From contig NC_059428.1 in the NCBI RefSeq assembly GCF_021028975.2, positions 66,898,001-66,962,000 of the forward strand: 64,000 bases of DNA, written 5' to 3'. This stretch comes from Sphaerodactylus townsendi. Taxonomy: Eukaryota. Positions 22,519-35,269 of this stretch are shown here, in pieces. The notes under the pieces are model-generated. The model worked only from the letters and a program-made list of their open reading frames with translations, ran no database searches and had not been told where the DNA came from. Each line of letters starts with the position of its first letter. Positions within the stretch are counted from its first letter, which is position 1. The position numbers and the translations under genes were made by a program.

Positions 22519-23581
22519 TGTGACAGATTAGGCTTTATATGGTTAATTTGAAAAGGTGCAGTTCAGCCAGAGCAGGAGCACCAAGTGTTAACCAGAAATC
22601 AACCTGATTGGCTGGCTGAAATACAGTAGCCAGGAGCCACAGATAGGGTGTGCTGGCTCATATAAAAACAGGAAAAGCCTGTCAAAAAGACAGTTTTGAA
22701 AGCAGCTTGAGAGCTTGTGTGACACACAGATAGTGTCAGTCCCCAGATCCAATCATGAGATATTGTCTGAAGACAGCAAGAGCCACAGAGGCAAAGGCAG
22801 AACGGCTAGGGTGCCTGAATTTTCAAAGAGATCTCAAAGACTGAGAGGAAACAGCTTTGTTTTCACCAGTGGCTAGGAAGCCTGGTGAGGGTGGAAAACT
22901 AGAGGGAAACTGAATTTATGGGGACACTCCTAAGACCACACAGAGTGCTTGGCTATTGTCTCATGAGGTAACCACAACTAGATACTGATGCCTTTGAACC
23001 CATGAGTGTATGTTTAGCTTAACTGGCAACATTAAAAGTGGGTTTGGTAAAACCCCAGAGCTTAATCTGTCCCAAGCCAGTGTGAGTTCCCTTTGGAGTT
23101 AAGGGTGGGAGTTTTAGAAGAGTGTTCAGAACTGTGTTGAAAAGGTTTACCCTGAATAAAGATACCTGTGTGTGTGTGAAACTATACGTGAAGAAATCTG
23201 TAAATTGAAACAGCCATCTTTAAGTGAAGCTAAACCTTGTAACTGAAACAGCCATTTAAGAGAAACCATTTGCTCTATAACCTCTAAGGCTGATTCCGCA
23301 TGGGCCAAAAACAGCAGTGTGAAAACGGTGTGAAAATGGTATAAAAGGGTTTAAAATGGTGTAAAAGGGTTTATACTGTTTTCACACCGTTTTCACACCG
23401 CTGTTTTTGGCCCATGCAGAATCAGCCTAAGAAAATATCTGCCTAAAGAAAGCAGTAACGCTTAAGCACCCCTCTTAAAAACACCCTGAGAAGAAACCCT
23501 TGTAAAATAAAATCTAGTTTTTGTGTTTTATCTCTCAAAAGCCTCGATAAGTTCAATCGTTACCTCAGAATTGGTGGCAGC
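22519..23581 (+). mobile_element. Probable LTR (Gypsy/ERV-type) with tRNA-Leu-like PBS motif
   Basis: Starts TGTGAC. ATTGG ~22607, TATAAAAA ~22661, AATAAA ~23506, then TGGTGGCAGC at 23572-23581. The 3' boundary and TSD are unresolved. Confidence 0.5.
23288..23427. mobile_element. PIF/Harbinger MITE, 140 bp, inserted in the LTR-like sequence
   Basis: Long TIRs GGCTGATTCCGCATGGGCCAAAAACAGC and GCTGTTTTTGGCCCATGCAGAATCAGCC. TSD TAA on both sides. Confidence 0.9.
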
Positions 23582-23624
23582 AATTATATGTTAAGTTTCC
23601 TGACAGGATTTCTGACAGAAAAGG

Positions 23625-23762
23625 CAGTGATGGGATTCAAATAATTTAACAAAATTATTCCGAAAGACTCAGTGGTGGGATTACAACCAGTTCTCTGAAC
23701 TAGACAAAAAATTAGCTACCGGTTCTACCAAACTGGTGCGAATAGGCTGAATCCCACCATTG
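23625..23762. mobile_element. hAT MITE, 138 bp
   Basis: TIRs CAGTGATGGGATTCA and TGAATCCCACCATTG. 8-bp TSD AGAAAAGG at 23617-23624 and 23763-23770. Confidence 0.9.
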
Positions 23763-26700
23763 AGAAAAGGGCTTGAGTGTGTGTGTGAGTTGGGGAATGC
23801 CTAGGCCAGAGTCAACTATCAAAACAACCACCCTCCAGCAACATGCATCATTCCCTGCTGGGCCTCTGTTTCTTTTCAGGAAGTGGGTGTTGTATGGTTA
23901 TACCAGTCCTCTCAAATGTTCCAGAGATAGTAACTTTTAGAAGTAGTTGGGTTTTTAAGTGTGTTTGTTCATGTGATTGATTGCTTTAGAATTGTAGTCT
24001 GGAAGAATCCTTGATATGTGTAAGGGTTTTTTATGGTTTTTTGTTTTGAACTGTTGTTGTCAGGAAGTAATGGGTGAAAAATATGGAGCTTGACACACAT
24101 AGCCTTGTAGTCATGCATATGGCCAGCACTACTGCTTTTTAGTTGGCATTATAAACCAATATACTGTTTCCTAATTATGATATTGATTTTTTAATGGATT
24201 CCTCTCCCAGTACACCCAAAGACACAGATGAGTACCACAAATGAATCACAAGGGAACTACTTCAAACTGTGTCTGTCAGTACAACATACAGGTATTGCAC
24301 TATGAACTGGATTTTACCTTTCCTGTAACAAAAATTGTGGGATTGAAATATGAGCATTTGTAAGTTTGTGTTATCTTTCAGATCAACTGAGAGCGATCAC
24401 TGTCGGCTAATACTGTAACTTATATTTTTGTGTTCATTGCAAAGAGCCAGTCATGAGATGAGGGAGGGAAAACAAAGCATAGCACATAAGTCTAGACAAC
24501 TGATGGCCACAGATGATGTAAGCCAAGTCCTGCTGCCACCCTCACCCACTAGTCTTCCTGCCAGAGATCCTGGAAAGGAAGGCAAATGTCATATGTGTGC
24601 CTCTCCCACTGCCACTGTAATCCGAGGTGCAACTGATGTAACCTAGCAGAATTTTTGCCCCCACTTCCATTGTGGGAATCTCACTTTTCCTCGACTGTAT
24701 ATGCTGCCTGAATCTAATCTAGTTGTGACAAGGTTGATATAAACAATATAAACTCGGACAATCTGAAACTCAGTTTTCTAACTAGGTAAAATTCTAACCA
24801 GGACCCATTAACTGAATATTATGTTGTAGCCCATAGCAAAGATGTTTAAGAGTGGGCTGTTATGCCTGGCTAAAGACCCCAAGAAAAGCCAAGGCTGAAG
24901 AACATGACCCCTTTATAGGAGGCACTACAATCAACCATACATGCAGTGCCCATCTAGAGCTTAGTTGGAAAGCAAAGGTGGGAGGTTAATCAGCTAAAAC
25001 TGCAGATCCTCACCCCACTGCCCTCTACTCCAATGTTCCTATGGCATGCCCCAGTGAAGACAGGGATCCTTACGTTTGCTTCTTCATCATTTCGTTATTT
25101 CAAGATACTGTTCAAAGTGTTTAGTAAAATACAGAAATATAATCTGGAGGAAAATGAGGCTAAAATTACTGAGCCTGTTTTCCAGGGTATTCTTGACAAG
25201 TCAAATTTATCCTGGCCAAACAGACTACTGCTGCTACTTACATATCCAGATGTAGGGATGGGTCCAGAAATATACTCAAATGGAGAGCTGTATCTTAAGG
25301 AACAGTGTAATTTCATCTGAAACCAGCTTTACTCCTTATCCCACCTAGCTTCTCTTATTACTCAGTTTGTGGGATAAAGTTTCGATCTCTTCACTCTCCC
25401 TTCCAATCACATACTGGATGTTTTTGTCCTCAAGACATTTATTTCTATATTTCATATAACGTTAGACAAAAAGAAGCATCAATATTCTTCCCCTGAAAAT
25501 GTATTTCCACTAAATAGTGATGTCTGTTTAAACTGTCCTTCAAAATATCAGACTATATAATAAGTAAACTTCAGCAATTGTATTTTTGTGACATTTAAGT
25601 CTCCAAATATTCATAACATATGGTCAATAGCCTTCATGATTTAATAGCTATATTACATGGAAGGACCATTAAGCTAATCAGAAATCAATTTAAAAGCTTC
25701 ATAGATGCTCCTTTTTACATATAGAGGGTACATAAGCATTGAATAAATTGATATCTTTAACCTGTTGCACCTGTTGGTCAATGATGGAAGTGCTACGGAC
25801 AACTGAAAATTATTCTTTTGCTCCACTAATCTTAGATGGGGCATTGGTAAATGCTATAAAGTCTTTTCTTCCTCTGTGGCTTGGAGAGGATTATGTTTTA
25901 TCTCTAACCAAAGCCTGGTCATTGTGGTTAAGAGGAAATTAAAATGGTCATTCCTAGATTTCTTTACCTATTAATCCTTTGAGGGTTAGTCTTTCCCTTG
26001 TAGTGCAGCTCTGCATACAAATTGATATAGAATGATATGACGGACTCAAGGAAAATATAAAAACTCCATTTTGTATAATGCTACTTCAATGCTAGGAGCA
26101 TGCAAGAAGAACTGACTGTGGAAGGTTAATTTATCATAGAGCTTGTTTGTGTGAGTGACATGCTGGAGTTGGTGGAGTTCAGAACTCAGAGCTGCTGACA
26201 GGATTATTTTTGTTTGGAAGTCTTGCAATCAGAATATTCAGACATGTTTAGTGTCTGTGTATAGACTGGTGGTGTTGGCAGAAAAAGAGTATTTGGGAAA
26301 AGGACCCTGCTGTAGCCAAAGAGGGGAATAAACTTCTTGGGAAAGAATTCCAAGCCCAGATTCTAAAAATAGTTTGTATCCTGAACTGTGGAAGAAAGGA
26401 AGAAAGAAAATGTCAGAGAGGGCCCAATCTCTAGCCAGGAGGGGAATTTAAACTTGGGTGGGAGAAGCACTCCCACCCCTAATTCTGAGATGGATTTCCT
26501 TCAAAAGCTCTAAAATAATCCTACAGTTTGGGAAAGTCTAAAGGGGAAAAGGGAGCTGGGTGAATATTCCTTCTAGATTTTGGGGTCCAGTGTTTATGCA
26601 CGAACCTATGGGTGCAAATCTGAGTCAAAGCTGAATAACAACCAGACAAGAATTTCAAATAATTTAGAAATCTGTAACAAACTGAAATCTTATCAAGCAG

Positions 26701-27328
26701 TCAAATACCATCTGAGCTGTATTTGTATATGTCTGCTGCTTTCCTTCTCACTGAATTTCTCCCCACTCTTATCCTATTCTCCTGAAGAGTTTAATACAAT
26801 TTTAATGTTTAATTGCTCAACTTTGAAATGTTTCTAGCATGATAATCTCTGAGATCAAACACAGCAGAAAAAAGGATCACATCAGTCCCTCAAGGTTCAG
26901 TTATACCTTTTCTTTAGTGAGGTATAGGATGAGACAGTTGAATCAAACCCTCAAGAAAGTTTTATTTAGTAAAGCTGACCAGTAAGAAGATCAGAAGAAA
27001 TGGCTGTCAGAAGAATGAGGAAACATTCCTGCCTCTGGGTATGGGGGAGATGGGAGATACCCCAGCATGACAGAGGCATGAAAAGTACTAATGAACAGTT
27101 TGATCACAAATCTGCCTAGCACTCTGAATCCTTCATGTTGGAATATGCACCATCACAAATTCAAAACAAGAAGTCCTGCTAAGGACAGAGAAGCACAAAA
27201 GCTAGTCAGATGTTAACCCTCTCTACCCTAGGCCAGACTGCAACTCTCAAGCCTGCTTCCTGCTTCTTCACACTTTCTTCTTCCTGTTCCCATGGTATTT
27301 AAAAGCTTTAATGTTTCGGTCTTTCAAA

Positions 27329-27837
27329 GGCCACTTCCACACAACACAGGAAGAGCAGGTTGCAGTTGGGATAAAGTAACCCCCTCTCCTGTTTTCACGT
27401 TCGCATGCCTCCATGCAGGCAGTGACCGGAGCCTACAGAAACAATGCGGGTTGCTGTTGTGCCTTTGCACAGCGGTGCGTTTTTCTTTTTTACTTACCTT
27501 CCTCCACTGCGTAGCTACATAGGCAGGCATGGACCCCCACAGCCATGCTGACATCTCATGATGGCATGAGACGTCCCTGTGACACTGCGGGCCACACAGC
27601 TGCGAGGCAGGGACTTTAAGAAAAAGAAAAGTGTCACTGAGTAAAGCACTTCCCGGCCAGCCACTCACAACCCAGGTTAAAACAAAAGAATCATGGATAG
27701 CGTGATTCTAAAAAAAAACATTTTGGGGGACATAACACAGGGCAGCCTCGCTTTAGGCATGGGATCCGTGTGAAGTTCCCTCCAAAATGGTTTTTCCCCG
27801 CACCAGCCTATGTTTATTGACCCATGCGGAAGGGGCC
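27329..27837. mobile_element. PIF/Harbinger-like non-autonomous element
   Basis: Ends ggccacttccaca and tgcggaaggggcc. Shares a ~50-bp internal block with 27965-28541. Confidence 0.7.
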
Positions 27838-27964
27838 CAGTTGTAAAATCTAGTTGACTGGAGATGCAATCTGCAAGAATACCACTCCTACCTGAAGGTT
27901 GGCATCCTTAGTTTTCTCTGCTTTTAGCACCCATTCCTGATCTTTGTAGCTCAAACTTATCATT

Positions 27965-28541
27965 GGCTGTTTCCGCACGGCCACACTGGGGGTTGGGTTG
28001 GCGTACATGATGCCGACCCAACCCCCCCAGGACCATTCGCACAAATGGTCCTGGTAATGAAAGGGAAGACAGCACCGCGGAGTGCCGTCGCCCGATCAAC
28101 CTATCTTCTCTGCAATAATCCGGCGCATCACCGAGGCCAGGGGACCCACTTCCTTGCCCTGAGCCGCATCAGCTTCTGGAGTCGCAGGGGGGGGGGCATG
28201 TCCCAGGCCTTCAGCCGCATACCACGCGGATGAGTCGCAGAAGAAGATGCACGGGCCAATCGGGCAAGGGGGGGAGGGATGGCGCCTTCCCGGCCAGCCA
28301 CTCACAACCTAGGTTAAAACAAAAGAATCATGGAAGGCGTCTGCACGGCAGCAGCTGGAAGCTGCGTTTTTCCAAAAACCTCGCTCGGGGAGCAAGGTGG
28401 GAAAATGGCGACTTCGTGCTGCTGGGGAGGAGCGAGGGCAGCGTGGCTGCGAAGCAGCTGCACCCCCCATGCGAACAGCTCTCTGGGGATGGCATTTTTG
28501 CCCTCCCCAGGGCGCTGTATTTGGCCCGTGCGGAAAGGGCC
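27965..28541. mobile_element. PIF/Harbinger-like non-autonomous element, young and CpG-rich
   Basis: TIRs GGCTGTTTCCGCACGG and CCGTGCGGAAAGGGCC. 3-bp TSD ATT. Confidence 0.8.
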
Positions 28542-30127
28542 ATTGTTCCAGTGTACTGTGCTAGTCTAATTTAGAATTTACTCAATATACTACAATGTAC
28601 AAAATATGCTACAAAATGAGTTCCAATGGTCTTAGGACCATGGAAGGTAACAATAAAGTTATATAAAAACAATCCATGTTTTTGTGCCACGTGGCACGTT
28701 ATGGGAGGCAGGCAGACAACTAGATTAAAATGTAGAGGCAATAGCAGTACCCTAGAAATTCCTGACTCACAGAGTCCCCAAAAATGTTCCCCAACCCAGC
28801 CTCACCAGAAACTACATAACTGTGGAGACCTTCCTCAAATTAAATTTCCTAAATTAAACATCATCTACAAAGTGTGATATTTGTTCACATTACGGTTTGT
28901 GAAAAGACAGCAGGCTTGTTTTATCAGTATCCTAGCCTTCCTGCAAGAGATACAAAGAGATACAAAAAAAAGAATGTTATTCTCCTGGTGAAAAGACATC
29001 TTAATGGATTGTATGATTTGAAAAAATCTGTGAATGAAAATTAAAATACTACATTAATTCTATCTTTTAAAATATCATTGTAACCTTTCTGTGATTAAAA
29101 GAAAACTTTCCTGATCCTCATCTCACATACTATAATGCTATATAATAAACAACAGTTTTATAACTGCACAAGGAACTAAAACAGCAATTGTTCAAAGAGA
29201 GAAGATCTGATGAAATAAGCTACAGTAGAGTCTTAACTGGTTTCATTAAAGAGCTTTTATATGTTGTCCTTGTAGTGAAGTTCATAAGTATGTTAAGATG
29301 TTTACATGTATAAACAAACTGTTTGGTGTTCTCAGGTTATCTTTGTAAATAAATTGGTTGGTGTTCTCAGGTTTTGAGCTAAAAGGCTACAAAATTTGTA
29401 TGGACCTCACACTGGTATCCTTTGAAAACAGGATCATGCCATTAACATTCAATTACAGTGCTGTGAAATCAGACAACAAGGCACCACTGGCACAATCCCA
29501 GGAAAACAATGAGATACAAATCAAAGTGGCTGCTCCTAACAGCTAACATGAAATTCATTTTAATACACTGCATGCTTAGCACATCGTCCGATCAATTTCC
29601 CACTTCGATTTTACAAGATCACTGTAAATAAAGCATATGCTAAGGCTGAAATACTTACTAACAATGCCGGTATGTCTTCAAATCGTCAAGAGAGTGCCAT
29701 TTATTTTTCTTTCTGGTGCATGAATAAGGCGTTATTTGAAGAGCCACCTCTTAAACACCTGCATTCCAATACATCATAGTTATTTTGTAGAGCAATGCAA
29801 AGGCAAAAAAAGGTTAAAGGACAAATTAGATAAAGTGAAACAGTAACACATTATTAGGAGTACAATTATACAGATTCTTTTCTGATGTTCCTTGTTTTAG
29901 TGAAGTGGTTGACAGGAAAGAGGAGTGATGGAGACTCTTATCAGGTTAGAAAGACTCAGACTTAAAGTTAGGAAAAATGGAAGGGGTGGTTGAAAAGAGA
30001 GATACAGGAGAATTCTTAGGGAAAGATGGGCACGTCTTAGAAGCTTGCCAACTAGCTCAGACCCTTCCTGTCAAAAAGTGTCACTCCATAAGACTCTTCT
30101 GTGTTTCAAGACAATAAACAGGTTTAT

Positions 30128-30419
30128 TGCAGAGTGCAGTGGCCAAGAACAAGTGGACTCTAATCTGGAGAACTGGGTTTGTTTCCCCACTCCTCTACAT
30201 GAACGGCTGACTCTTATCTGGTGAACTGGATTTGTTTCCCCACTCATGAAGCCTACTTGGGTGATCTTGGGCTAGTCACAGTTCTTTTGGAACTGTCTCA
30301 GCCCCACCTACTTCACATGGTGTCTGTTGCGGGGAGAAGAAGGGAAGGGATTTGTCAGTCACTTTGAGACACCTTACAAGACAGAAAAGTGAGGCATAAA
30401 CCCAAACTCTTCTTTTTCT
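30128..30419 (+). mobile_element. tRNA/CORE-type SINE with duplicated head segment
   Basis: 'gactct.atctgg.gaactgg.tttgtttccccactc' occurs twice. Core 'gggtgatcttgggctagtcacag', tail 'ccaaactcttct'. Confidence 0.8.
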
Positions 30420-30552
30420 ACTTAATTGGCTTGACTTAATAGTGCCTGGTGTGCTTTGTTTTGGGCAAAGATAGACAAAGAAGGGTTAGATGTTCTTTTA
30501 TTGTCATAACAATTCCCAAGCCTAACAGTGCAATCTGAAGTGGGGAGAACTT

Positions 30553-30781
30553 ATAATCAAATCTTTTATTGGCATAAGAAATAATACAGATTAGTAGTGA
30601 TCGTAGAGTAAAACAAATGGTTGCAACTTAATGATGTAACACAGGTACTTAGCCACTGTTTCAGAGATAGCGGAAGAATAATTGTTTAAAATATAATAAT
30701 TTTTTGTTGGTCTGATAGACCTTCTTTATTAATGAGTAGAGGGGTCAGCAAGTTGGACCTGATTGTCTTATAATACGGGCA
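30553..30781 (-). mobile_element. 5'-truncated LINE (RTE-X-like): ORF2 C-terminus and tail
   Basis: Minus strand reads CPYYKTIRSNLLTPLL..., then after a 1-nt frameshift ...YILNNYSSAISETVAKYL, followed by tatgccaataaaag. This resembles the CPxY..R..LL...VAK end of non-LTR ORF2 proteins. Confidence 0.6.
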
Positions 30782-31498
30782 ATATGAATTACAGATTCAG
30801 TCTGCTTCATGCTGCAATCACAGATTCTGTCCTGGTAGGGAATTTTTAGACATCTTCTTGTTGTTACACTGCTCCTTGCCAAAGAGAGAGCTCTTTGCTA
30901 AAGGCCTTAAGGGCAGCAGGAACATATTCGTAGCCCCTGTTTTAGAAAAAGTGGGTTATTGCCACAACACTTCTCTTGCTTGCCAAGATCACTATGTCCT
31001 GATGAGTTGCCCAGTCCATTCCATGATGGAAATGCAGCCCTAAGCATTTGAACTACTTGTCAGGGGAAAGCCTAGTTATCTACAAAGCATGTGAAGCCAT
31101 AAAGTAAAGATCAAGGAAAGAATTCCACAAATGGCATTGGTAACATATAGTAGGCTGGTTACATATATCTTTTAGCAGCCCTGATTTGTAGCATTAAGTA
31201 GTTACAATGAGGTTGGAATGCATCTCAATCACTTAGATACAATCTCCCTGACACCTAGCCAATTGTGCTGAATAGGCCACTTTCATTGGGGAAGGGGCAG
31301 CATGGCTTTTGACTTGCTGGTTGTGGCACAGTAAGCCACTTAGGAACCACCCCTCGGCTACATGTATAAACAAAACCTTATTGCACTGTAATGGTTCCAA
31401 TAGTTTCAGAACGTATCAGAAGTTAGGATTACTTTTCAGACATCTTCTTTAAATATCCAAAAAATCAATTATTTTTCAGGTTATCACCATAGCTGATT

Positions 31499-31560
31499 TT
31501 TAGCTGATTTTACTACTAAAAAATAGCTTTAGCTGATTTTACTACTAAAAAATAGTTTTA
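31499..31560. repeat. ~30-bp tandem duplication
   Basis: ttagctgatttt(t)actactaaaaaatag x2. Confidence 0.85.
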
Positions 31561-33074
31561 GTGGTAGCCCTGAAAGATAAATCCCCAATAAGCTATAGTA
31601 TATGTAAGATGTATTATGAGAAAAATTTTCTCCTATGGATGCATCATAGTTCATTTGACAGCTTCCATATTTATTTAGGCTCAGAATCTAGATGTGCATT
31701 CCATGAGAAGACAAAGGGAAAATATATTTACAGTTTGTTCTCCCCTCAGTGTTCATAGTTCAGTGCTCTTAAATTAATATCAAAAATATATTGAATTCAT
31801 CATTAATGTGGAAAAATTCTGATATCCATATCTGTGTTTCCTACTGTGTTTATTGCCATTCTCTTTTGTTTTGGGACCTTATAAACAGTAAGAATGAGAT
31901 TAATTTCCTCTTAGTTAGATTTGAGTACTACACAGAAAATTAATACTATTTCCCATAAAAAGTCCCTTAGGTCTAGAGCCTGTGCTTTTGAACTAGATAA
32001 GTAGATAGGGACACTCAATCTTGCTTGCAGCTTCAGTTCAGGTTGAATGCCTTCTGTCAAGATGCAAAGTTGGCTATCCCCTTGTGAGGTACAGCTAACT
32101 GTGTTCGGGGCCTCAACCTTGTCATCTTGTCTCCCTTTTGGGCTCATTTACGGAGAGAAACTGCTGGAGTCAGCCATGGGGAAAAGAAAAACTCATAGTG
32201 ACAAAGCTAACATCTAACAAGGTTCCCTGAGCCTTAAGGCCTGTCAAAGACACACTCCTGTAATACTGTATGAACAATCCACTTGAGTCCACAGAACAGA
32301 CATGTCACCATATCACATCATCATAAGCTTCCTTTTATTGCTTCTGGCTTGCTATTTTTACCATCACCCTTGTGCCATGCTGCCTCTTTTGATTTTTGTT
32401 CCAGGCTGTATGTAGGTCTGGGTCAGGGTTAAATAAGTCTCCAGTTGCAATGCTCAAAGGAAAGGCCAGACCACAAAAATCAGTGTGATGGTTATTTACC
32501 ATAACCATATACAAAACCACAAGCAGCAAAGGTTCCTTCAAATACTTCAGAGACCTTATACATCTCTTCATTAAAACCTGTCAGTGTTTGTTATACTGCA
32601 CTTTGCCTTAAACTCACAAGTAAAAAGAATGAATTTTAAAGCACTAGACTCAAGTTCAATACGGAAAAATGATGGTGCAGCAAGGAATTTTGCAAAAATA
32701 TTATTTTAAATACATTCAGAACTTCTCTCTACCAATATTTCTCTATCCTTAATTTGCATTGATTTTGCTACAGTTCTACAAAAACAGATTACACTGAAAT
32801 AGAGCTATGATTTTTTTTAATAATTCATAAATAAATCATCTTTATTGCATGTTAGTTATCCGGCCTCATGAATTGCAAGTGTGCTTGCCACATGCCATAG
32901 TATTCCATTACCATCAATTATATATATTTTAAGTCAAGGGATCTAGACAGTGGTTCCACATAGTACAATATTATCTGTGATATAACAGAGTACCGAACTC
33001 AGCCTCCATTGCTGGCTAAGGTTTTGCTATGTATTAATGCCACTGATAGATGTATGTAATATGCACATAACCTT

Positions 33075-33903
33075 GACTGTTTTTGCACTGCACAATTACA
33101 CCAGGGTTGAACCGGGATCATATATACCTGGGCTTTTTTATTCTGGTTTCTCTCTTTGCATGGCTCCCTGTTTCTGCCCAGGAGCAGAGTAAGATCCAGT
33201 AGGAAATGCTCCAGTTTGCGCCGCATGAGCCGGACTTCTCTATTTACTTAAGAAGCATGCCTGAGCATGCCCAGTGTCCCATGTTCTGATTGGCAGTTAT
33301 TTTGAGTGGCAGCTTGAATGAATGTCAGGCAGGGGGCAGGAAAAATAAACTTGGTCTGCTCCCAATTGGTGTTTTTGTGTATGTGCTGTGGGAATGGAAG
33401 AAATTGATCTGTGTTTTTAATGGTTTAAAGTAAGATTTTGCTGTCAAAGGGAGAAAACTAGTGAATAAGTCTGCTAATTTATTTAAAATAAAGCTTGTAC
33501 TGAGGAAAATATACCAAGTGATTGTTTTGATTGGCTGTTGCTTTTGAATAGCAGCTACAAGCATCTGTGAGTTTGCCCGGCATTCCGTGTTCTGAATGGC
33601 TGTTGTTTTTGAGTGACAGTTTGAATGAATGTCAGGCGGGAAGATCAGGTGGCTGGGTGGGAAAAATAAACCGGTCCTGCTCCTGACTGGTTTTTGCACG
33701 GTACAGGTACAAGCAGGGTCACACCAGGATTCTTAAAAAGAACCTCCAAACTGCCGATTTTTTGAAAATCCTAGGCTAAGATACATATTGCGGGGCAACA
33801 CGGGGCAGACCCTGTGCAGCTTCGGGAACCGTGCGCAATTCCCGGCTGCACAGGGATATTTTCTGTGCTCATCCAGGGATATTTTGACAGTGCAAAAACA
33901 GCC
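33075..33903. mobile_element. PIF/Harbinger-like non-autonomous element, 829 bp
   Basis: TIRs GACTGTTTTTGCACTG and CAGTGCAAAAACAGCC. 3-bp TSD CTT. Internal ~90-bp direct repeat at 33280-33375 and 33587-33697. Confidence 0.8.
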
Positions 33904-33985
33904 CTTGAATCATCTGTAACATAAACATATGGGATTATATGTAGTTACTATGAAAATTTCACTGAACATTCTGAAGGCAAACTAC

Positions 33986-34521
33986 TAGGGGCATATCTAT
34001 AAGAAATGGTGCCTGGAGCAAACAATGAAATTGTGGACCCTAACATCCTGGCTTTGCAAAGGGGAGCAGCAGGGTATCTGCAAAGATGGGGACAGTTTTC
34101 CTCATCTCCATAGGCATTCTCCCCATTTGCAAAGCTGGATCCTGGCTTTGCAAAGGGGGCAAGCCTGTTAAGATGAGGAGGGTTCTCTCCATCACCATAA
34201 ACACCTGCCACCCATTTGCAAAGCTTATGTGGTGACAGTAGGAGAGGAACTGGCCCATGCCCCACCCCCACAAGCAGCTGACCTGGGAGAAGACATGGGG
34301 TGGCGGCAAGGCCAGGGAGGGCACCCTTCCCTTGCCTTATCTCCACTCCCATTCCCTTCCCGGCTATAGCCATTTGTTTGGAATTAAGTTAAACAATTAC
34401 AGACTTTGCAGTAGTTCAGCTGGGGCACATAGGGTGTAGGTGGGGTGGTGGCCAGTGTGCTCCCAGGCAGCTGGCACCCAGGGCAAGAGCCTTGGCTTCT
34501 CCCATCCACATTACTCTCCTG
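33986..34521. mobile_element. Diverged hAT-like element related to 13654-14735
   Basis: 'aggggcatatcta...aaat.gtgc..gg.gcaa' matches the left end of the 13654 element. Internal 'tttgcaaag' repeats. Right end uncertain. Confidence 0.45.
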
Positions 34522-35269
34522 AACAAGACTCTACAATAACTGAGCAACTTAGATAGCAGTGCTAAACAAGTCTATTCAGAAATAAATCCAAAGGGGCATT
34601 CCCAGGAAAATGTTCTTAGGATTGCAACTAAAAGCATTCAAAATGACTAGCCCAGTTGGAGCTATGAATAAGAAGCCCAGTCTGTATATCCCAGACTACC
34701 TTGATTTCATCAGATATCAGAACCTATTCAGGGAGACAACTAAGGAAGACAAAGATCACAACATAGAAATAGGCAAGCACAAACCATTTTGGAACATTGT
34801 TTGCATTGAGAACACTCTACATTCCTAGAAACCAGGTACTATTTGATTGCAAAAAAAGAGAGAACAAGGTATGGCTCTATAGCACTGAATATATATCAAC
34901 TAATACTGGCATTCCCATATCCTGAGGTGAGGCAACTGTCAGGGCCCAGGAAATCTGATGAGGCCCATTGCCCACACATCTCCCTTGCTCTCACCTACCC
35001 AGTATCATTGAGGAAGGACATATGGATGGTATACAGCGGTGGCATTCCTGGGGGCAATGGCAGAAGCCCTCCCAGCTGTATATGCTGGTCAGTGCTGTTG
35101 GGAAAGAGTATGCAGGTGGTGAAGAGAAATTATAATGGGTGACGGGAGGACTCACAAGCGGGAAAAGGACACAAGATCAGGTGGAGAGCATGCAGGTTTT
35201 GGTGAAAGGTGAAAGAAGGGTATGAGAGCTATTTTAATGGGTAGAGGCAGTTGTGGGATTCTAATTATT

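Noticed and set aside
26910-27280. Possible additional solo LTRs (also ~37210-37520 and ~60590-61020)
   Set aside because: Only isolated TATA or AATAAA motifs; no TG..CA boundaries with TSD or second copy visible.
27850-28579. CpG island or promoter
   Set aside because: The CpG richness is confined to a TIR/TSD-bounded young transposon.
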